A stretch of 64,000 nt of DNA, taken from an uncultured Acidobacteriota bacterium. Lineage in GTDB: Bacteria; Acidobacteriota; Terriglobia; Terriglobales; Acidobacteriaceae. Below, in pieces: positions 37,206 through 46,619 of the stretch; the first letter of the stretch is position 1, and every line of letters begins with the position of its first letter. The notes under the pieces are model-generated. The model did no database searches, was not told where the DNA came from, and was given only the letters and a program-made list of their open reading frames with translations. The position numbers and the translations under genes were made by a program. The stretch lies in assembly GCA_963832365.1 (NCBI GenBank), contig CAWHUL010000030.1, positions 85,222 through 149,221 of the forward strand, read 5' to 3'.

Positions 37206-37348
37206 TACCCCACATCAGTCCAAAAGCGGGAAGGGACGTGGGGCACCCGGTCGTACTTTCGTATTGAACGAAAAGCCCCACCCAAGCTTCGCTTGAATGG
37301 GGCACCCGCAAACCTGAATCGTGAAACTCGAAACGTGAAACTTGAAAC
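37206..37348. repeat. repeat cluster immediately after the murA stop
   Basis: Contains three parts: a 16577-family unit at 37206-37248; the reverse complement of the 33091-33150 block (CTTTCGTATTGAACGAAAAGCCCCACCCAAGCTTCGCTTGAATGGGGCACCC); and GAAAC-repeat arm 37320-37348. Confidence 0.8.
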
Positions 37349-37357
37349 TGCTTGCCT

Positions 37358-38647
37358 CTACGCCCCTGCGCGCCTTGGCAGCATTTCGCCGATGCGGCGG
37401 ATTTGCCCTCCGATCGCGCGCAGCTTTTCTTCCAGGCGTTCGTAGCCGCGGTCGATGTGGTAGACGCGATCAATGATGGTTTCGCCATCGGCCACCAGCG
37501 CTGCCAGCACCAGGGAAGCCGAAGCCCTCAGGTCGCTTGCCTGCACGGCGGCGCCGCTCAGAGGACTCTTGCCGCGCACGATGGCGCGGTTGCCTTCGAT
37601 CTTGATGTTGGCTCCCATGCGAACCAGTTCCAGGGCGTGCATGAAGCGGTTTTCAAAGATGTTCTCGGTGATAATCGAGGTGCCTTCCGCTTGCGTCGCC
37701 AGCGCCATGTATTGCGCCTGCACGTCGGTGGCGAAGCCGGGATACTCTTCCGTAGTGATATCGGCGGCCTTCAGCGGATTGTCTCCCATCACGCGAATCG
37801 ATTCGCCATTGACGTGGAAGCGAGCGCCCGCCTGTTCGAGCTTAGCGAGCAGCGCCGTCTGGTGAGCCGGAACCAGGTTCGTGACCAGCAGATCGCCTCC
37901 GGTCAGGGCTCCGGCGATGATGAAAGTTGCGGCCTCGATACGATCGGGAATGATGCGGTGCTTGGCGCCGTGCAGCTTATCAACGCCTTGCACGCGGATG
38001 GTCGATGTCCCTGCGCCTTCGATGTTGGCCCCCATCTTAACGAGCAGCTCCGCCAGATCGACGACCTCGGGCTCGCGCGCGCAATTCTCCATGACGGTTG
38101 CGCCCTCGGCGAGCACGGCGGCCATCAGCAGGTCCTCGGTGCCGGTAACGGTAATCTTGTCGAAGGTGATGCGATTGCCCTTGAGCCGTTCGGCGCGGGC
38201 TTCGATGTAGCCGTGTTCCTGCCGGATGGTGGCGCCGAGCCGCTCCAGTCCCTTGATGTGCAAGTCGATCGGGCGCGCTCCGATGGCACAACCACCGGGT
38301 ATGGAGACGCGCGCGCTTCCGGTGCGCGCCACCAGCGGCCCCAGCACGAGCGTGGAAGCCCTCATGGTTTTCACCAGGTCGTAACCGGCCTCCGGACGGC
38401 TCAGTTCGCGACAGCAGATGATGGTGCGATGCTGCGCGCGCCCGTAGCCCAGTTCGACCTCGGCCCCCATGGCGGCCAGCAACTTGCGCTCGGTCTCGAT
38501 GTCGCGCACTTGGGGAATGTTTTCGAGGATGACCGGCTCTTCGGTAAGAATGGCGGCGGCCATGGCAGGCAACGCGGCATTCTTGGCGCCGCTGATGCGA
38601 ACCGTCCCGAGCAAAGGATTGCCACCCCGAACGACAAATTTATCCAT
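37358..38647 (-). CDS. murA: UDP-N-acetylglucosamine 1-carboxyvinyltransferase
   Basis: 429 aa. MDKFVVRGGNPLLGTVRISGAKNAALP N-terminus and MurA text throughout. Confidence 0.95.
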   Translation of the reverse strand: MDKFVVRGGNPLLGTVRISGAKNAALPAMAAAILTEEPVILENIPQVRDIETERKLLAAMGAEVELGYGRAQHRTIICCRELSRPEAGYDLVKTMRASTLVLGPLVARTGSARVSIPGGCAIGARPIDLHIKGLERLGATIRQEHGYIEARAERLKGNRITFDKITVTGTEDLLMAAVLAEGATVMENCAREPEVVDLAELLVKMGANIEGAGTSTIRVQGVDKLHGAKHRIIPDRIEAATFIIAGALTGGDLLVTNLVPAHQTALLAKLEQAGARFHVNGESIRVMGDNPLKAADITTEEYPGFATDVQAQYMALATQAEGTSIITENIFENRFMHALELVRMGANIKIEGNRAIVRGKSPLSGAAVQASDLRASASLVLAALVADGETIIDRVYHIDRGYERLEEKLRAIGGQIRRIGEMLPRRAGA

Positions 38648-38736
38648 CGATTAAATCCTGGCGGTACAAATGATATTAGTTCTGTGGTCCCTCGTCTCCA
38701 TTGTAAAGCGCAATTGCGCGGCCCGCGACGCGCCAT

Positions 38737-39883
38737 TCATCGGGGCTGTTCTTCGAGTGCTTCACGCACCGCGTCGTGTACCAGCGGACGCACGCGCTTG
38801 ATCTCCTGCGTGCTGCGATCAGGCCAGGTACGGTTGGTCAGCAGAACCACGGCGCACTGGCGTTCGGGGTCGCACCACAGGGAGGTTCCGGTGTAGCCGA
38901 GATGTCCAAAGGAAGCACGAGAGAAATACTTGCCTGATTGCGAAGGCGCGGATGGCGTGTCCCACCCAAGGGCGCGCGACGTGCCCACGGGTGCGGCTTG
39001 GCGTGTGGCGAAGAGGCGAACCGTCTCGGGAGATACCATTGGCGCGCCGCCGGAAAGCATCGAATGCCCGAACATGGCAACGTCAAGCGCATTGGCAAAG
39101 AGTCCGGCATGCCCGGAGACGCCGCCCATGACGGAGGTGTTTTCGTCATGCACTTCGCCTTGAATAACGCGCATGCGGAACTCCCGATCATCCACTGTGG
39201 GTGGGATTTCGCTCTTCCATTCGGCGGGCGGGCAATAGCGAGCGGTGTTCATGCGAAGCGGCACAAAAATCTCGCGTTGGCAGAAGCGGTCAAGCGGTTC
39301 GCCTGCGAGGCGCGCCAGTAATTCGCCGAGCACGATGAAACCTATGTCGCTGTAACACGCGCGCCGCATTGGTGCTTCGGCAAGCGGCGCGGAGCAGGCA
39401 AGCCGGAGGAGTTCACTACGGCTGCCGGCGCGGAGAAAAAACTTCGAGTAGTCCGCCAGCCCCGAGGAGTGGGCGAGCAGCATGCGGACGCTCACCTGGC
39501 GGCGGCGTGGGTCGGGGGAAGGCGAGCCGTCATCATTCTGGGCGAGGCCGAACTCCGGCAGCGTTTCGACGACCGGCTGATCGAGCGACAGCCGTCCGCG
39601 CTCGTAGAGGATCATCGCCATGGCTGGTGGTTGCGACCGCCTTGGTCACCGAAGCCAGATCGAAAACGGTTGTGGGCGTCACAGGCGGAGAGTCGGGTGC
39701 GTAGGTAAAGCGTCCGATGCCGCGCCACGCGGCCAACTCTCCGCGATGGACCACGGCAATTGCCGCGCCGGGGAAGACGCGCTCCTGGACAGCTTGCTTG
39801 AGCAGCGCAAAAGCACGAGCGAAGACGCGCTCCTGTTCGGGGAACGCATTCGACGGAATCAGGCTCGTGCAATGGCTTGCCAT
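38737..39883 (-). pseudogene. serine hydrolase (class C beta-lactamase/PBP family) split by a 1-nt frameshift near 39621
   Basis: ORF 39533..39883 carries FDLASVTKAVATT (the SxxK motif) and then goes out of frame. ORF 38737..39621 begins MAMILYERGRLSLDQPV, which is the expected continuation. Confidence 0.75.
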
Positions 39884-39895
39884 TCGTCCGCCGGT

Positions 39896-40498
39896 CTAGC
39901 GCAGATACGCCAGTATTTGTTTGAACTCGGGGGTTCCGCTGCGACGCATCAGCTCATACATCATCATTTCGGTGCTTGAGATAACGCATCCGGCGGAGCG
40001 CATTCTGTCGAGTCCAACGCGCCAGTTCCACTCGGCGCGCGACCCGATGGCGTCGGAGGCGACGTGCACCAGGTAGCCGTTGTTGAGCGCGGCCAGAGCG
40101 GTTTGCAGCACGCAAATATGAGCTTCCATGCCGCAGAGAAGCATGGTATTGCGCTGCCCGGGGAGCGATTTCACGGCGTTGCAAAAAGCGTCTTTGCCAA
40201 AGCAACTGAACTCCATCTTGTCGATGGGTGCGATCCCTGGGACGAGCGAGGCAATCTCGGCAACGACCGGGCCAAGGCCCTTGGTGTACTGCGTCGTGAG
40301 CAGCACGGGTATGTTGAGAATCTGAGCGAAGCGCACCAAAAGCTGAGAGTTGCTGACCAGCTGCTCCTTATTAAAGATAGGCGGAAGCAGCTTTTCCTGA
40401 ATATCGACGACGACTAGGGCGCACTCATCTGCCTGGAGCGGGCGGCGCGCTATCTCGGTCGCGTCCAGCGTTTCGATTCTGCCGACGGTAGTAACCAT
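39896..40498 (-). CDS. isochorismatase-family cysteine hydrolase
   Basis: 200 aa. ALVVVDIQE N-terminal motif and catalytic Cys context LLCGMEAHICV. Confidence 0.8.
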   Translation of the reverse strand: MVTTVGRIETLDATEIARRPLQADECALVVVDIQEKLLPPIFNKEQLVSNSQLLVRFAQILNIPVLLTTQYTKGLGPVVAEIASLVPGIAPIDKMEFSCFGKDAFCNAVKSLPGQRNTMLLCGMEAHICVLQTALAALNNGYLVHVASDAIGSRAEWNWRVGLDRMRSAGCVISSTEMMMYELMRRSGTPEFKQILAYLR

Positions 40499-40643
40499 GA
40501 TGACCTCGCAAGGGCAAACACGGGGATTAGCCTACGAATTCGATTGTAGCAATTAGAGCGCGATGCGGAGCTCGATACGCCCGTTTCCCGGTGAAAACCT
40601 GGCGGCGGGGTCCGCACATCTCACAGGCCCAGGAGGCTTGTCT

Positions 40644-41390
40644 ATGAAATGTCTTCTGCTCACGCTCGCGATGCTTGTGATCGCCGGTTCCGCCTTTGCC
40701 GCCGGCGGCAAGGAAGTCACCTATAAGAGCGGCGATGAAAACGTCAAGGCCGTGCTGTACATGCCTCAGGGAAAAGGACCGTTTCCCGCGATGGTGGTGA
40801 TTCACGAGTGGTGGGGACTGACGCCTTGGGTAGAAGAGCAGGCGGCGAACCTCGCCGATCAGGGTTACGCGGCGCTGGCCATCGATCTCTATCGCGGCAA
40901 GTCAACCTCGTCGCCCGATGAGGCGCATGAGTTGATGCGCGGCGTGCCCGCGGATCGGGCCAACCGTGATTTGAAGGCTGCGTTCAATTACCTGGCAAGC
41001 CGGAAAGATGTGGACGCCAAGCGCATCGGCGCAATCGGCTGGTGCATGGGAGGCGGCTACGTGTTCGATTTGACGGTCAGTGAGCCGCGGCTTGCGGCGA
41101 GCGTAATCAACTACGGACATCTCGCTACGGAACGTTCCACGCTGGAAAAAATTCAGGCGCCGATTTTAGGCCTCTTCGGTGGACAGGATCGCGGAATTCC
41201 CCCCGACAGCGTTCGCGCCTTTGCGCAACAGGTACGATCACTCGGCAAATCCATCGAGATCAAAATCTACCCCGACGCGGGACACGCGTTTGAAAATCCG
41301 AACAATAAAGCAGGCTACCGGGAAGCGGACGCGAAAGATGCGTGGGATAGAACGATCGCGTTTCTGGCCGCGAAGCTGAAGAACCGATGA
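40644..41390 (+). CDS. dienelactone hydrolase family protein (secreted)
   Basis: Start at ATG 40644 after AGGAGG. Signal peptide and nucleophile elbow GWCMGG. Confidence 0.8.
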   Translation: MKCLLLTLAMLVIAGSAFAAGGKEVTYKSGDENVKAVLYMPQGKGPFPAMVVIHEWWGLTPWVEEQAANLADQGYAALAIDLYRGKSTSSPDEAHELMRGVPADRANRDLKAAFNYLASRKDVDAKRIGAIGWCMGGGYVFDLTVSEPRLAASVINYGHLATERSTLEKIQAPILGLFGGQDRGIPPDSVRAFAQQVRSLGKSIEIKIYPDAGHAFENPNNKAGYREADAKDAWDRTIAFLAAKLKNR

Positions 41391-41544
41391 CGCAATCCCG
41401 TTTTGCGCAACAGACGGTGGACGACGCTCTCGGTAACGCAGGTTGCCTTGAAGGGGAAGGACTTTCTATAATCAACTCAGCAGGGGTGCTTGCAATTACC
41501 CGAAGCGCGACCGTTCCCCTTCTGCATCTTCGGCGGGAGTTGAA

Positions 41545-41910
41545 ATGGAAACAAAGAAAAAGAAAGTTCTTGTGGTCGACGACGAACACGTAATTGCAGA
41601 TACCCTGGCCATCATTCTCAATCAGCATGGATTCGATGCCACGGCGGTTTACACCGGAACTGGAGCGGTCGAGCAGGCCAGGAACCTCCATCCGGATCTG
41701 ATCATCAGCGACGTAATCATGCCTGACATGGATGGCATTGAAGCTGCGATCCGCATTCGCGTCTTTCTTCCCGACTGCAAAATTCTTCTTTTTTCCGGGC
41801 AGGCGGCCACGGCGGACCTGCTGGAGAGCGCACGCGCACGGGGCCACGAATTCGAAATCCTGGCCAAACCCGTTCATCCGCAGGACCTGCTGGCAAAGCT
41901 GAGGGGATAG
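41545..41910 (+). CDS. stand-alone response regulator receiver protein (CheY-like)
   Basis: 121 aa. VLVVDDE, phospho-acceptor context DLIISDVIMPDMDG, and a conserved Lys in ILAKP. Confidence 0.85.
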   Translation: METKKKKVLVVDDEHVIADTLAIILNQHGFDATAVYTGTGAVEQARNLHPDLIISDVIMPDMDGIEAAIRIRVFLPDCKILLFSGQAATADLLESARARGHEFEILAKPVHPQDLLAKLRG

Positions 41911-41928
41911 AGAATTATTTCAGGGTGC

Positions 41929-41960
41929 AAAAGCCTCGCGGGTTGCGAGGCTTTTTGTTT
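41929..41960 (+). terminator. rho-independent terminator after the response regulator
   Basis: AAAAGCCTCGC-gggtt-GCGAGGCTTTT followed by TGTTT. Confidence 0.8.
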
Positions 41961-41990
41961 GGAACAGCAGCCCAGCCTAGGGGCGGCTGA

Positions 41991-42165
41991 GTGCGGGTGC
42001 CCCAGGTTCGGCGCCGTGCTGTTCGGCGCTAACCTGGGGTAGTGCCAAGCTGCGTACCCGACATTTCATTCGATCAGCAAGATGCTATTCGGGCGCGGAG
42101 TGGCCCCCTTATGCTTTCGGCAGCAGAAACAAAAGGTGGCTCGACTTCGCTCGCCATGACACCCC
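41991..42165. repeat. extragenic repeat cluster
   Basis: Hairpin CCCCAGGTT...AACCTGGGG, plus GGCAGCAGAAACAAAAGGTGGCTCGACTTCGCTCGCCATGACA. The latter is the reverse complement of the 50895 copy with 1 mismatch. Confidence 0.75.
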
Positions 42166-42199
42166 GAGTCGGGTGTATTAGGTAACTACCAGCCTACCT

Positions 42200-42799
42200 T
42201 CACAAATCCCGTCTGCCTTCCATTGCCTTCTGCATGGTCACTTCGTCGGCGTACTCGATGTCGCTGCCGACCGGAATGCCGGTGGCGATGCGCGTCACTC
42301 GCACCCCGGACGGCTTGAGCAGGCGCGCCAGATAGGCGGCCGTGGCTTCGCCTTCGAGCGTGGGATTGGTGGCGATGATAACTTCGTCGGCGCCGCCATT
42401 TTCGAGGCGGTGCACGAGGTTGGCAATCCGCAGGTGCTCGGGGCCGACGCCGTGAATGGGCGAAAGCGTGCCGTGCAAAACGTGGTAGACACCGCTGTAG
42501 TTGCGCGTCTTTTCGATGGCGGCGATGTTAGTCGGTTCCTCGACCACGCAGATGAGGCGCTGATTACGCACGGCGCTGCTGCAATAGACGCAGGGATCGA
42601 CGTCGGTGATGTTGTTACAGACCGAGCAGAGGCGGAGTTGAGCTTTTACCTCGCGGACGGCGTTTGCCAGCAGCTCGGCATCCTCGTCGCTGGCGCGCAG
42701 GATGTGGAAGGCAAGCCGTTGCGCGTTCTTGCTCCCCACTCCGGGAAGCTTCTTCAACTCGTCGATGAGTCGAGCCATCGGCTCGGGAAATTTTGACAT
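42200..42799 (-). CDS. recR: recombination protein RecR
   Basis: 199 aa. Zn finger [16 protein letters not shown] and a Toprim domain. Confidence 0.95.
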   Translation of the reverse strand: MSKFPEPMARLIDELKKLPGVGSKNAQRLAFHILRASDEDAELLANAVREVKAQLRLCSVCNNITDVDPCVYCSSAVRNQRLICVVEEPTNIAAIEKTRNYSGVYHVLHGTLSPIHGVGPEHLRIANLVHRLENGGADEVIIATNPTLEGEATAAYLARLLKPSGVRVTRIATGIPVGSDIEYADEVTMQKAMEGRRDL

Positions 42800-42811
42800 G
42801 ACAATACGAAG

Positions 42812-43123
42812 TTACATCATTCCCGGAGGCAGGCCGAGTCCGCCGAGCATGCCGCCCAGTTGCGACTGCATGGCCTGGTCCACCTTGCGTCCGGCTTCGT
42901 TGACCGCCGCTGTCACCAGGTCTTGAAGCATTTCAAGATCGCCGCTCTTCATCAGTTCGGGCTCAATTTTGCAGGAGAGCATCTGCTTGGAGCCGTTCAT
43001 GCGCACGCTGACGCTGCCACCGCCCGCGGCGGCCTCCACCACGATTTCCTGCATTCGCTGTTGCATCTGGCGCTGCATCTCTTGCGCCTTGGCCATCATG
43101 TCCTGCAACTGTTTCGGATTCAT
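42812..43123 (-). CDS. ybaB: YbaB/EbfC family nucleoid-associated protein
   Basis: Start at the internal Met: MNPKQLQDMMAKAQEMQRQMQ... Classic dnaX-ybaB-recR synteny. Confidence 0.9.
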   Translation of the reverse strand: MNPKQLQDMMAKAQEMQRQMQQRMQEIVVEAAAGGGSVSVRMNGSKQMLSCKIEPELMKSGDLEMLQDLVTAAVNEAGRKVDQAMQSQLGGMLGGLGLPPGMM

Positions 43124-43136
43124 AGTTCTTTCTTTC

Positions 43137-44966
43137 CTATTGATCGCTGTCGCGCACGGTGCGCAGTTCCGCACCAAATTTTTCCATCATTCGCCGCACC
43201 ACCGGATGTTGCACCGCCTTGGCGCGCGCGCCACCCGGAGTGGCTGGCCGCGATACCGCGGGCGGCGCGGCGTTTTTCGTCCCGCCGGATACGACCGAGA
43301 ACCGCAGCGAACGCCCGGCGGAGGCTTCCACCGCTTGCTGCATCAGTTGACGCTGTTCGGGGCCGAAGGTCATGGCAATCAGTTGCTCTCCGCTCGCAAC
43401 CTTGATGGTCAAGCCGTTCGCCGTGATGGCCCATTCTCCCGTTTCCAGACTATCGGCGGCCATGCGGTGTCCCGCTTCTTCCAGAGCGGCGAGCACAGCG
43501 TTGCGAACGGTCTCAAGATCGGCCGTTTGGCCGTCGAGGGGGCAGCCTACCGGCGGCGCTTCCGGCGCGGCGACCGCAACGGCCGCGGCATGCTGCGCGG
43601 CAGGGTAGCGAGCCGATCGGGGTGGCGCTGCTCATCTCCGGTTTGCCGCCGCCGCTTCTGCGTGTGCGGTCGAGTTCGAACGGAGACGGGCGCTGGGACC
43701 TGTCATTGGAAGCAGTACTGGAAGCAGTGCCGGAAGCAGTTCTGGAGACAGTGCTCGAACTCCTCGACGGGGCTGCGGGCGCTCGCGAAGGTGGCGTGGC
43801 CGTGCCGATTCTACTGCCGGTGGGAAGACTCGACTCACTGAGCAATTGCTCCAGCGGCAGCAGGCGCTGTGCGTGCACCAGCTTCAGCAACCCGAGTTCA
43901 AGGTGGAAGCGCTGCTCCTGCTTGTAGCTGACGTCGCCGTGAGTGCGGAGCATGATCTGCAGAAAGCGCGTGAGATCTTCTTCGCCGAACAGGGTGGCAA
44001 TGCGCGCGACGCGCGCCTGCTCATCGGAAGAGATCTGCAATAGCGGCGAGCCCTGCGACCGGCGACCTTGGCAACCAGGGCGTTGCGCAGGAAACGAACC
44101 AACTGGCGCGCGAAATGGACCGGGCTCTGCCCCTCGACCAGCAACTTGTCGATGATGCGCAGCACCTCTTCGCTGTTGTTGTCGTGCACGGCGGTCATCA
44201 CCTGTTCCAGTACGGTGGCATTGACCGTGCCGACTAATTCGCGAACCCCGGCCGAGGTGAGCGTCGTGCCGCAGCAGGCAATTGCCTGGTCCATGATGGA
44301 AAGCGCGTCGCGCATCGAGCCGTCGCCGGCTTCGGCCAGCAGCGCAAGCGCGTCGTCATCGACGCTGAGACCTTCCTGTTGAGCGATACTTCTCAATTGC
44401 TCGACGATGTCCAGAAAACGCACGGCATGAAAGCTGAAGTGCTGGCAGCGCGAACGGATGGTCTGAGGGATGTCCTCGGGCTGCGTTGTGGCCATCATGA
44501 AGACGGCCCAGGGCGGAGGCTCCTCGAGGGTCTTCAGCAGGGCATTGAATGCGGCATCGGTTACCTGGTGGGCTTCGTCGAGGATGAAAATCCGGTAGCG
44601 GTCGCGTGCCGGTTCGGCGGTTGCGGTGGCGATCAGCCCGCGCACTTCGTCGATGCCGCGATTGCTGGCGGCGTCGATTTCGATGACGTCCATTGCGCCG
44701 ACCGAGCCCTCGCGAATCTCGCGGCAGGAGTCACACACGCCGCAGGGTTCCGCCACCGGATGCTCGGCGGAACGGCAGTTCAACGCCATCGCCAGGATGC
44801 GGGCAATCGTGGTTTTTCCAATGCCGCGATGCCCGCTGAAAATGTAGCCGTGAGCAATGCGCTGCTGCTCAAGGGCGTTCTTCAGGGTGCGGGTCACGTG
44901 GTCCTGACCGATCACGTCCGAAAATCGCTGAGGGCGGTATTTGCGCGCCAGAACGGTGTAGCTCAT
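43137..44966 (-). pseudogene. dnaX: DNA polymerase III subunit gamma/tau, reading frame broken twice
   Basis: N-terminal ORF 43884..44966 has RPQRFSDVIGQDH, GHRGIGKTT and ILDEAH. The middle part is in ORF 43513..44040 (SPLLQISSDEQARVARIATLFGEEDL...). The C-terminal tau part is in ORF 43137..43496 plus its upstream extension (AAVAVAAPEAPPVGCPLDGQTADLETVRNAVLAALEEAG...). The switches lie near 44045 and near 43600-43640. Confidence 0.85.
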
Positions 44967-45090
44967 GAAGAATTGATTATACCGTTGACCTGCCTCATCA
45001 CGCGCACCTGCTCCGCGTGCGGGGGCCGGAAGGCCGCCTCACGGCTTGCACGGCACTGGTATGATTACCTGCACCGTGTAAAAGGGGGAT

Positions 45091-45573
45091 TTGATGAGCC
45101 ATACCGAACTGATCGAACGTTATCTGAAGGGATGTGACGTTCTCGCCGATGCAGTGAACAATGTGAACCCCGCGCTACTGGACAAGGTCCCGGCGCCGGG
45201 CAAGTGGACGATCCGGGAATACGTAATCCACACCTTTGACGCAGAAATTGTAAGTGCTGCCAGACTGCGGGCCATGATGGCACAATCGGGCATCAGCATG
45301 ATGGGCATTGACCAGGAGCGCTGGACCGCAACCTTGCATTACGAGAAGCAGCCGATAGAAGACGCGTTGGCGGCTTTCCGAGCACTGCGGCGGATGACGG
45401 CGAACATGTTGCAGGCAGCGAGTGCGGAGACTTGGAACAACAAGGGAATTCATCCGAAGCGGGGTGAAATGAGTGTGCAGATGCTGGTCGAACTCCTGGC
45501 CGGTCACTGCGAGAACCACTCTCGCACCATTCGCGAACTGCGCGAACGCTTCGCCGCCTCAGCCAAAGCCTAA
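45091..45573 (+). CDS. DinB-superfamily protein
   Basis: 160 aa four-helix pattern with His residues (WTIREYVIHTFDAE...LAGHCENH). Confidence 0.7.
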   Translation: MMSHTELIERYLKGCDVLADAVNNVNPALLDKVPAPGKWTIREYVIHTFDAEIVSAARLRAMMAQSGISMMGIDQERWTATLHYEKQPIEDALAAFRALRRMTANMLQAASAETWNNKGIHPKRGEMSVQMLVELLAGHCENHSRTIRELRERFAASAKA

Positions 45574-45662
45574 GGCGGATAAAGGCCAAAGCCTGATGCG
45601 ATAGAGGAATGGACACGGCCTGTCACAAGGCGGGCCGTGTTGCTGCCTTCCGGCATGCGTTC

Positions 45663-46016
45663 TTACGCCGATTTGCTGAATGCCTGGATCGCCGCGGCCT
45701 CGTCGTCCCTGATGTCGAAGACCTTGTGCAGCTTTGTGACCTGAAGCAGGTCGTGAACTTTTCTGGTTAGATTGAGCAGCTTTAGTTCGCCGCCCTGGTT
45801 GCGGATGTTGGTGAACGCGCTGACCAGCTCGCCGATGCCGGAGCTGTCTATGTACTGAATTTCGCTCAAGTTAAGCAGGACTTGCTTTTGCCCCTGGCCG
45901 GCGAGTTGCTTGATGGTGTCGCGCAACTCCGTGCTGCCCTCGTCCAGGGTAATGCGTCCGCTCAGATCGACAATCGTGACTCCGTCCACCTTCCGCGTGC
46001 TCGCTTTCATGGTCAC
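45663..46016 (-). CDS. STAS-domain anti-sigma-factor antagonist
   Basis: 117 aa. DLSGRITLDEG...YIDSSGIGELV, with the conserved phosphorylatable Ser context. Confidence 0.85.
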   Translation of the reverse strand: MTMKASTRKVDGVTIVDLSGRITLDEGSTELRDTIKQLAGQGQKQVLLNLSEIQYIDSSGIGELVSAFTNIRNQGGELKLLNLTRKVHDLLQVTKLHKVFDIRDDEAAAIQAFSKSA

Positions 46017-46450
46017 TTAGAAGCCTCCTGGCCCTTCCGCGTGGCTTCGCGGACATACTTTATCATCGTGAGTTCGGTTCCGGGGTTGATGTTACGGAAG
46101 CGCACCTCGTCCATAAATGCCCGGATCAGGAAAATTCCGCGCCCTGACTCCTTATTCAGGTTCTGCGGCGCCAGCGGGTCGGGAAGGGTAGCGGCGTCCA
46201 GTCCTTTGCCTTCATCCCGCACCCGCACGGTTAGGCTCTCCGGCGCGGCCTCTAGCAGCACGGTGACGTGCTTATCGGTGGCATATTCGTTTCCGTGCAA
46301 CACGGCGTTCACCGTGGCCTCGCGGACTGCCAGGGAAATGTGGCCGGAGTCCTCTTCACGGAATCCGGCCTTCAGCGCCATAGCTCGAGCCGCCTTCTCC
46401 GCCTTGTCCACGCTTTCCAAAGTGGAGTCCAGTGTGTAGGAAACTTTCAT
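46013..46450 (-). CDS. anti-sigma regulatory factor, Ser/Thr kinase (RsbW/SpoIIAB-like)
   Basis: 145 aa HATPase_c protein. N-box EATVNAVLHGN and G-box ESGRGIFLI. Overlaps the STAS gene by 4 nt. Confidence 0.8.
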   Translation of the reverse strand: MKVSYTLDSTLESVDKAEKAARAMALKAGFREEDSGHISLAVREATVNAVLHGNEYATDKHVTVLLEAAPESLTVRVRDEGKGLDAATLPDPLAPQNLNKESGRGIFLIRAFMDEVRFRNINPGTELTMIKYVREATRKGQEASK

Positions 46451-46619
46451 GGCATCCCCAGGTAGAAGAGGGCATCCAAATTTTAAATCAAAAATGAGAC
46501 TTTGGTGGGAAACCGAAAAATTCAGCTTTCCAGAGGTGGTGGCTGTTCTCCTCTATGGAATTGCATCCCGCCTTCGGGAACTGCTGGGGCGCAGGGCGCT
46601 GAACTAAACACCTCAGGAG

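Noticed and set aside
37352-38896. 514-aa ORF on the plus strand
   Set aside because: It is antisense to murA (unambiguous) and to the start of the beta-lactamase-like gene. Its composition is that of a shadow ORF.
43500-44060. Programmed ribosomal frameshifting in dnaX (tau/gamma)
   Set aside because: There is no A-rich slippery heptamer or downstream hairpin at either site. Both shifts are needed to read conserved sequence rather than to terminate early. Many other genes in the window show similar indels.
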